Below, piece after piece: positions 58,444-62,308 of a stretch of 62,308 nucleotides of DNA. The stretch spans positions 1-62,308 of the forward strand of contig JAICXO010000001.1 in NCBI GenBank assembly GCA_025980335.1, read 5' to 3'. The translations under genes and the position numbers were made by a program. The notes under the pieces are model-generated. The model was not told where the DNA came from. It saw only the letters and a list, made by a program, of their open reading frames with translations, and did not search any database. Every line of letters starts with the position of its first letter. The first letter of the stretch is position 1. This DNA comes from Sphingomonas sp. Lineage in GTDB: Bacteria > Pseudomonadota > Alphaproteobacteria > Sphingomonadales > Sphingomonadaceae.

Positions 58444-59546
58444 GCGGGACTCCGGGTGACCTTATGCGGTTTCACGCGTGTGCTGAGGAACAAGATCAGC
58501 GCCACGACCGCCAGCACGATGGCAACGTGCACGAACTGGGCGCTGATCAGCCAGTAAAAGGTCGCCGCGACGATTGCCGACGCGGGAATCGTGATCACCC
58601 ACGCGATCGCGACGTTGCCGGCGATTCCCCAGCGCACTGCAGACGCCCTGCGCGCCGCGCCCGCGCCGATCACGCAGCCGGTCACGGTGTGAGTCGTCGA
58701 GACCGGGATGCCGAGGGCGGACGCTGCGAACAGCATGATCGATGCGCCGGCCGACGCGCTGAACCCCTGATGCTGCGACAATTTCGTAATCCGCGTTCCC
58801 ATCGTCTCGATCACCCGCCAGCCGCCGGTCAGCGTGCCGAGGCCCATCGCGATGTAGCAGCTGAGCGCCACCCAGTTCGGCACCGCGAAATGGCCGTGGA
58901 GGTAGCCGGTCGAATAGAGCAGGACCGTGATCAACCCCATGGTCTTCTGGGCGTCGTTGAGGCCGTGGCTGAGCGACAGCGTCCCGGACGAGACGAGATG
59001 AAGCCCGCGGAAGGTCCGCTCGGCGCCGCGCGCGCTCGCCCGCACGAACAGCCAGCTCGTCACCAGCATGATCCCCATCGTCAGGATGAGCCCGAGCACC
59101 GGCGAAAGCACGATCGCGATCAGGGTCTTGTTGAGCCCGAGCCACTGAATGCTCGGGAACCCCGCATGGGCAACGCCGGCGCCGACGATTCCGCCGACCA
59201 GCGCATGGCTCGACGAGGACGGGATGCCCTTCACCCACGTCACGACGTTCCAGAACATCGCGCCGATCAGCGCGCCGAACACCACTGCCGGTGTGATCAC
59301 ATTCTTGTCGACCAGGCCCTTGCCGATCGTGTCTGCGACATTGTGCAGCGCCGGCCACTTGAGCGCGAGGAAGTACGCGGCGAAGTTGAAGAAAGCGGCA
59401 AAGGCGACTGCCCAGGCCGGGCTGATCAGGCGCGTCCCGACGACCGTCGCGATCGAGTTCGCGGCGTCGTGCAACCCGTTCAGGAAGTCGAAGCAGAGTG
59501 CGACGGCGATCAGGCCGATCAGCAGCGGAAGAGCGAGGTGGTACAC
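58440..59546 (-). CDS. Inorganic phosphate transporter (PiT family)
   Basis: NGLHDAANSIAT, GIPSSSSHAL, HGLNDAQK, PVSTTH; GTG start. Confidence 0.95.
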   Translation of the reverse strand: MYHLALPLLIGLIAVALCFDFLNGLHDAANSIATVVGTRLISPAWAVAFAAFFNFAAYFLALKWPALHNVADTIGKGLVDKNVITPAVVFGALIGAMFWNVVTWVKGIPSSSSHALVGGIVGAGVAHAGFPSIQWLGLNKTLIAIVLSPVLGLILTMGIMLVTSWLFVRASARGAERTFRGLHLVSSGTLSLSHGLNDAQKTMGLITVLLYSTGYLHGHFAVPNWVALSCYIAMGLGTLTGGWRVIETMGTRITKLSQHQGFSASAGASIMLFAASALGIPVSTTHTVTGCVIGAGAARRASAVRWGIAGNVAIAWVITIPASAIVAATFYWLISAQFVHVAIVLAVVALILFLSTRVKPHKVTRSPA

Positions 59547-59559
59547 GCTTCGAAATCGC

Positions 59560-60201
59560 TCAGGCGTGATCGATGACGATGCCGTCGATCTCGTTCGCGA
59601 CATCCTCGAACGCGTCGGTGATCCGCTCGAGATGCTTGTAGATTTCGCGCGAGACGATGAACTGCATCGGCTTGCCGGACTGCTCCTGGAACGCGCGCTT
59701 CAGCCCCTTGGCATGAGCATCGTCCGCTTCGCCCTCCAGCCGCACCACCTTTTCCGTGATCTCGTGGATCCGCGTGCCGTTCCGGCCGATGTCGCGGAGC
59801 AGCGGCATCGCCTCGGCGGTGAGGTCCGCAGCTTCGGCGATCATCGCCACCATTTCGCGCATTTCCGGCTCGAAGCCGCGAATCTCGTACACGTCGACCG
59901 CCCGCGCGGTCGATTGCATCTCGTCGATCGCGTCGTCCATCGCCCCGATCAGCGAGGTGATCGCGCCGCGGTCGAACGGCGTCAGGAAGGTTCGCCTGAC
60001 CGTCGTCAGCACCTCGCGGATGATGTCATCCGCCTGGTGCTCGCGGCGGTGGATCTCGGCGATATATTCCTCGTGCGGCGTGCCGCCGTCGACGAGCTTG
60101 GTCAGCGCGTCGGCCGCGGCGACGAGTGTCGCCGCATGCGCCTCGAACATCCCGAAGAAGTCGCCGGTCCTCGGGAGGAGACGCTGGAACCAGTTGAACA
60201 T
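59560..60201 (-). CDS. DUF47 phosphate transport regulator
   Basis: EHQADDI, TFLTPFDR, EGEAD; directly upstream of PiT. Confidence 0.93.
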   Translation of the reverse strand: MFNWFQRLLPRTGDFFGMFEAHAATLVAAADALTKLVDGGTPHEEYIAEIHRREHQADDIIREVLTTVRRTFLTPFDRGAITSLIGAMDDAIDEMQSTARAVDVYEIRGFEPEMREMVAMIAEAADLTAEAMPLLRDIGRNGTRIHEITEKVVRLEGEADDAHAKGLKRAFQEQSGKPMQFIVSREIYKHLERITDAFEDVANEIDGIVIDHA

Positions 60202-60288
60202 CTTTACCCCTGCTTATGCTGTGCACCGTTAGTGGAGGGCGTGAGCGGCGGCAATCGCCGCGGCATGCAGCCGCTCCACCTGTGCATT

Positions 60289-60906
60289 CTAGAATCTCGC
60301 GCGCGCCGAAAGGACGGCCCGCGCTCTATACGGCTGCGAGCTCCCGCCATTGGTATCGTAGTAGCGCAGGTCCATCGACACGCGCTTGAGAGGGTTCCAG
60401 GTGAGGCCGGCGTTCCAGGCATCGTAGTCGGGACCGCCCCCGCGCCGTCTCATTCCGAAGGCGGCGCTTCCTGAAAGATCGGCCGAGAAACGATAGCCTG
60501 CGCCCGCTTCGGCGAACAATGTCGAGCGAGTGGCCCCGACATCGTCCGGGCTCCAGACGACGCTGATCCGCGGAGTCAGGCGCCCGATCTTGCGTGCTGC
60601 AGTCGCGTTCATCTCGAACGAAGTCCGGTCCGAGCCAGGAGCCGGATCGATCGCCCGCTTCAAGGCACCGCTGAGTCCGAGATCGAAGCCGCCGGCTTTT
60701 CCACGGACCCCGACGAGCGCGCCGGCCTCCCCGTCCGAGCTCGAAGAATCGACATTCTTCGCGTAGCCGCCGACGAAAATCGCTCCCAGAGCGACTTCAC
60801 CGCGAACGAGCAACTGCGGCCCTCTCGTCTGGGCGATCCCTTTCGACATTCCAGTACTCGAAAGGTTGAACTCAACGGCGGGAATTGCAGGGGTTATGGC
60901 CGGCAT
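60289..60906 (-). CDS. TorF/Gcw_chp-like putative porin
   Basis: SKGIAQT, WNAGLTW, DLRYYDT, C-terminal ARF. Confidence 0.75.
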   Translation of the reverse strand: MPAITPAIPAVEFNLSSTGMSKGIAQTRGPQLLVRGEVALGAIFVGGYAKNVDSSSSDGEAGALVGVRGKAGGFDLGLSGALKRAIDPAPGSDRTSFEMNATAARKIGRLTPRISVVWSPDDVGATRSTLFAEAGAGYRFSADLSGSAAFGMRRRGGGPDYDAWNAGLTWNPLKRVSMDLRYYDTNGGSSQPYRARAVLSARARF

Positions 60907-61151
60907 CTGATCGTCCAGTTGCTCAACGCCTTCGGCGACAAGCGCGCTTCGGAAGTGCCTCTTCGATAGCGGAGCCCGCCTGTTCCGTGCATGCGGCGAT
61001 CGAGCGACGAAGCTGTTTCAGTTCTGGGACAGCGTTGCACCGGACAGTCATGCGTCGCCGTCGAGGAATAGCCGGTCTGTTGCACTGCGGCAAATCCACA
61101 GGATTTTCCGTTGATCGCGGATTTACCGGCTTGCGCTCGATTCTTGTTTAG

Positions 61152-61167
61152 GCACAATAGGTAGTAG
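61152..61167 (+). promoter_or_regulatory. Candidate NrdR box
   Basis: GCACAATAGGTAGTAG vs consensus acaCwAtATaTwGtgt, upstream of the RNR gene. Confidence 0.5.
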
Positions 61168-61335
61168 CGCGGGAGGGGGAGCACTCAACCACTAGTGTTC
61201 TGGCGCCGGAATGCCTATATTCCGGCGGCGGGCTCACTCGTCTCTGGTTTCCACGCTGTGGATATCGGGGACGATGGTGAAAAAGGCCCCGTCGAGCGCC
61301 GAAAACGGCTAGGATGACCGGCATGGCTCCGAGTC

Positions 61336-61350
61336 GAACATTTGGAGAAC
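61336..61350 (+). promoter_or_regulatory. Alphaproteobacterial LexA (SOS) box
   Basis: GAAC-ATTTGGA-GAAC, exact GAAC-N7-GAAC, 41 nt before ATG. Confidence 0.7.
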
Positions 61351-61391
61351 ATCCGGTTCTCGAAGGGGCCGGGGAAGGACGGGGAAGCGCG

Positions 61392-62308
61392 ATGGATTTT
61401 TCGACCGGCTCAGAAGTACCGAGCGACGACGTTTCGACCACCGTTTCCAGCACCAAGGCTGCGCCCGCCGCAGCGGCGACCGAAACTGCGGTCCACGCGC
61501 CGCGCTTCGCGGTCACGACCGACGGGAAGCGGGACGCGCTGCTGACCGAGTTCGGCAAGGAGACTCTGCGCGATCGCTATCTGCTGCCCGGGGAAACCTA
61601 CCAGGACCTGTTCGCGCGCGTCGCCGCGGCCTACGCCGACGACGCCGAGCACGCCCAGCGCGTTTACGATTACATTTCGCAGCTGTGGTTCATGCCCGCG
61701 ACTCCGGTGCTCTCGAACGGCGGCACGGGGCGCGGGCTTCCGATCAGCTGTTATCTGAACAGCGTCTCCGACAGCCTCGAGGGTATCGTCGGCACCTGGA
61801 ACGAAAACGTGTGGCTGGCGAGCCGCGGCGGCGGCATCGGAACCTATTGGGGCCATGTCCGCGGGATTGGTGAGCCGGTCGGGCTCAACGGCAAGACCAG
61901 CGGCATCATCCCGTTCGTTCGCGTGATGGACAGCCTGACGCTGGCGATCAGCCAGGGCTCGCTTCGGCGCGGCTCGGCCGCCTGCTACCTCGACATCTCG
62001 CACCCGGAAATCGAGGAATTTCTCGAGATCAGGAAGCCGTCGGGCGACTTCAACCGCAAGGCGCTCAACCTTCACCACGGCGTGCTCATCACCGACGAGT
62101 TCATGGAAGCCGTGCGTGCCGGTGACGAATTCGTTCTTCGCAGCCCGAAGGACGGATCGGAGCGCGGCAAGGTCGACGCCCGGTCGCTGTTCCAGAAGCT
62201 GGTCGAGACCCGCCTCGCGACCGGCGAACCCTACATCATCTTCATCGACCAGGTGAACCGGTCGATGCCCAAGCATCACCGCGACCTCGGGCTCAAGGTC
62301 TCGACCTC
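61392..62308 (+). CDS. nrdA: Ribonucleoside-diphosphate reductase alpha subunit (class I), truncated by right edge
   Basis: Manual translation: LRDRYLLPGE, WFMPATPVLSNGG, GLPISCYLN, SQGSLRRG, HPEIEEFL, TGEPYI. Confidence 0.93.
   Translation, partial: MDFSTGSEVPSDDVSTTVSSTKAAPAAAATETAVHAPRFAVTTDGKRDALLTEFGKETLRDRYLLPGETYQDLFARVAAAYADDAEHAQRVYDYISQLWFMPATPVLSNGGTGRGLPISCYLNSVSDSLEGIVGTWNENVWLASRGGGIGTYWGHVRGIGEPVGLNGKTSGIIPFVRVMDSLTLAISQGSLRRGSAACYLDISHPEIEEFLEIRKPSGDFNRKALNLHHGVLITDEFMEAVRAGDEFVLRSPKDGSERGKVDARSLFQKLVETRLATGEPYIIFIDQVNRSMPKHHRDLGLKVST

Noticed and set aside
60907-61391. Cobalamin riboswitch upstream of class I RNR
   Set aside because: Core B12-element motifs (GCCCCCGCaACTGT, GCCACTG, B12 box) not found
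61410-62279. 289-aa minus-strand ORF
   Set aside because: Antisense shadow of nrdA

Overview
GC-rich chromosomal segment of a sphingomonad (Alphaproteobacteria, Sphingomonas sensu lato; inferred from gene content, sciP and repeat types). It is mostly housekeeping: guaA (cut by the left edge), rplQ, xth, erpA, serC-serA, purA, fabI, pdxH, mnmA, sciP, an RND pump, murA, clpS, a phasin, gmk, phaC, a DUF47/PiT pair and nrdA (cut by the right edge). I found no tRNA, rRNA, CRISPR array, integrase or transposase. Most notable observations: (1) an intact GTA-type small+large terminase pair with its own TTGACA promoter but no portal, capsid or tail genes; (2) a decayed DUF559 endonuclease-like relic beside it, plus many modular palindromic repeats that abut stop codons and show compensatory base changes; (3) a DUF2946-like leader ORF ending in a non-canonical TGPP motif, followed by a TonB receptor with no visible signal peptide and a YcnI-like His-brace protein (putative copper-uptake operon); (4) an orphan 3' tail of an AlaC/LL-DAP-type aminotransferase followed by a multi-stem candidate RNA leader upstream of a Tat-exported ScyD/ScyE protein; (5) a probable bacterial ceramide synthase divergent from a desaturase; (6) rplQ detached from rpoA but keeping its leader hairpin. 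All family calls come from motif recognition by eye, not database searches.
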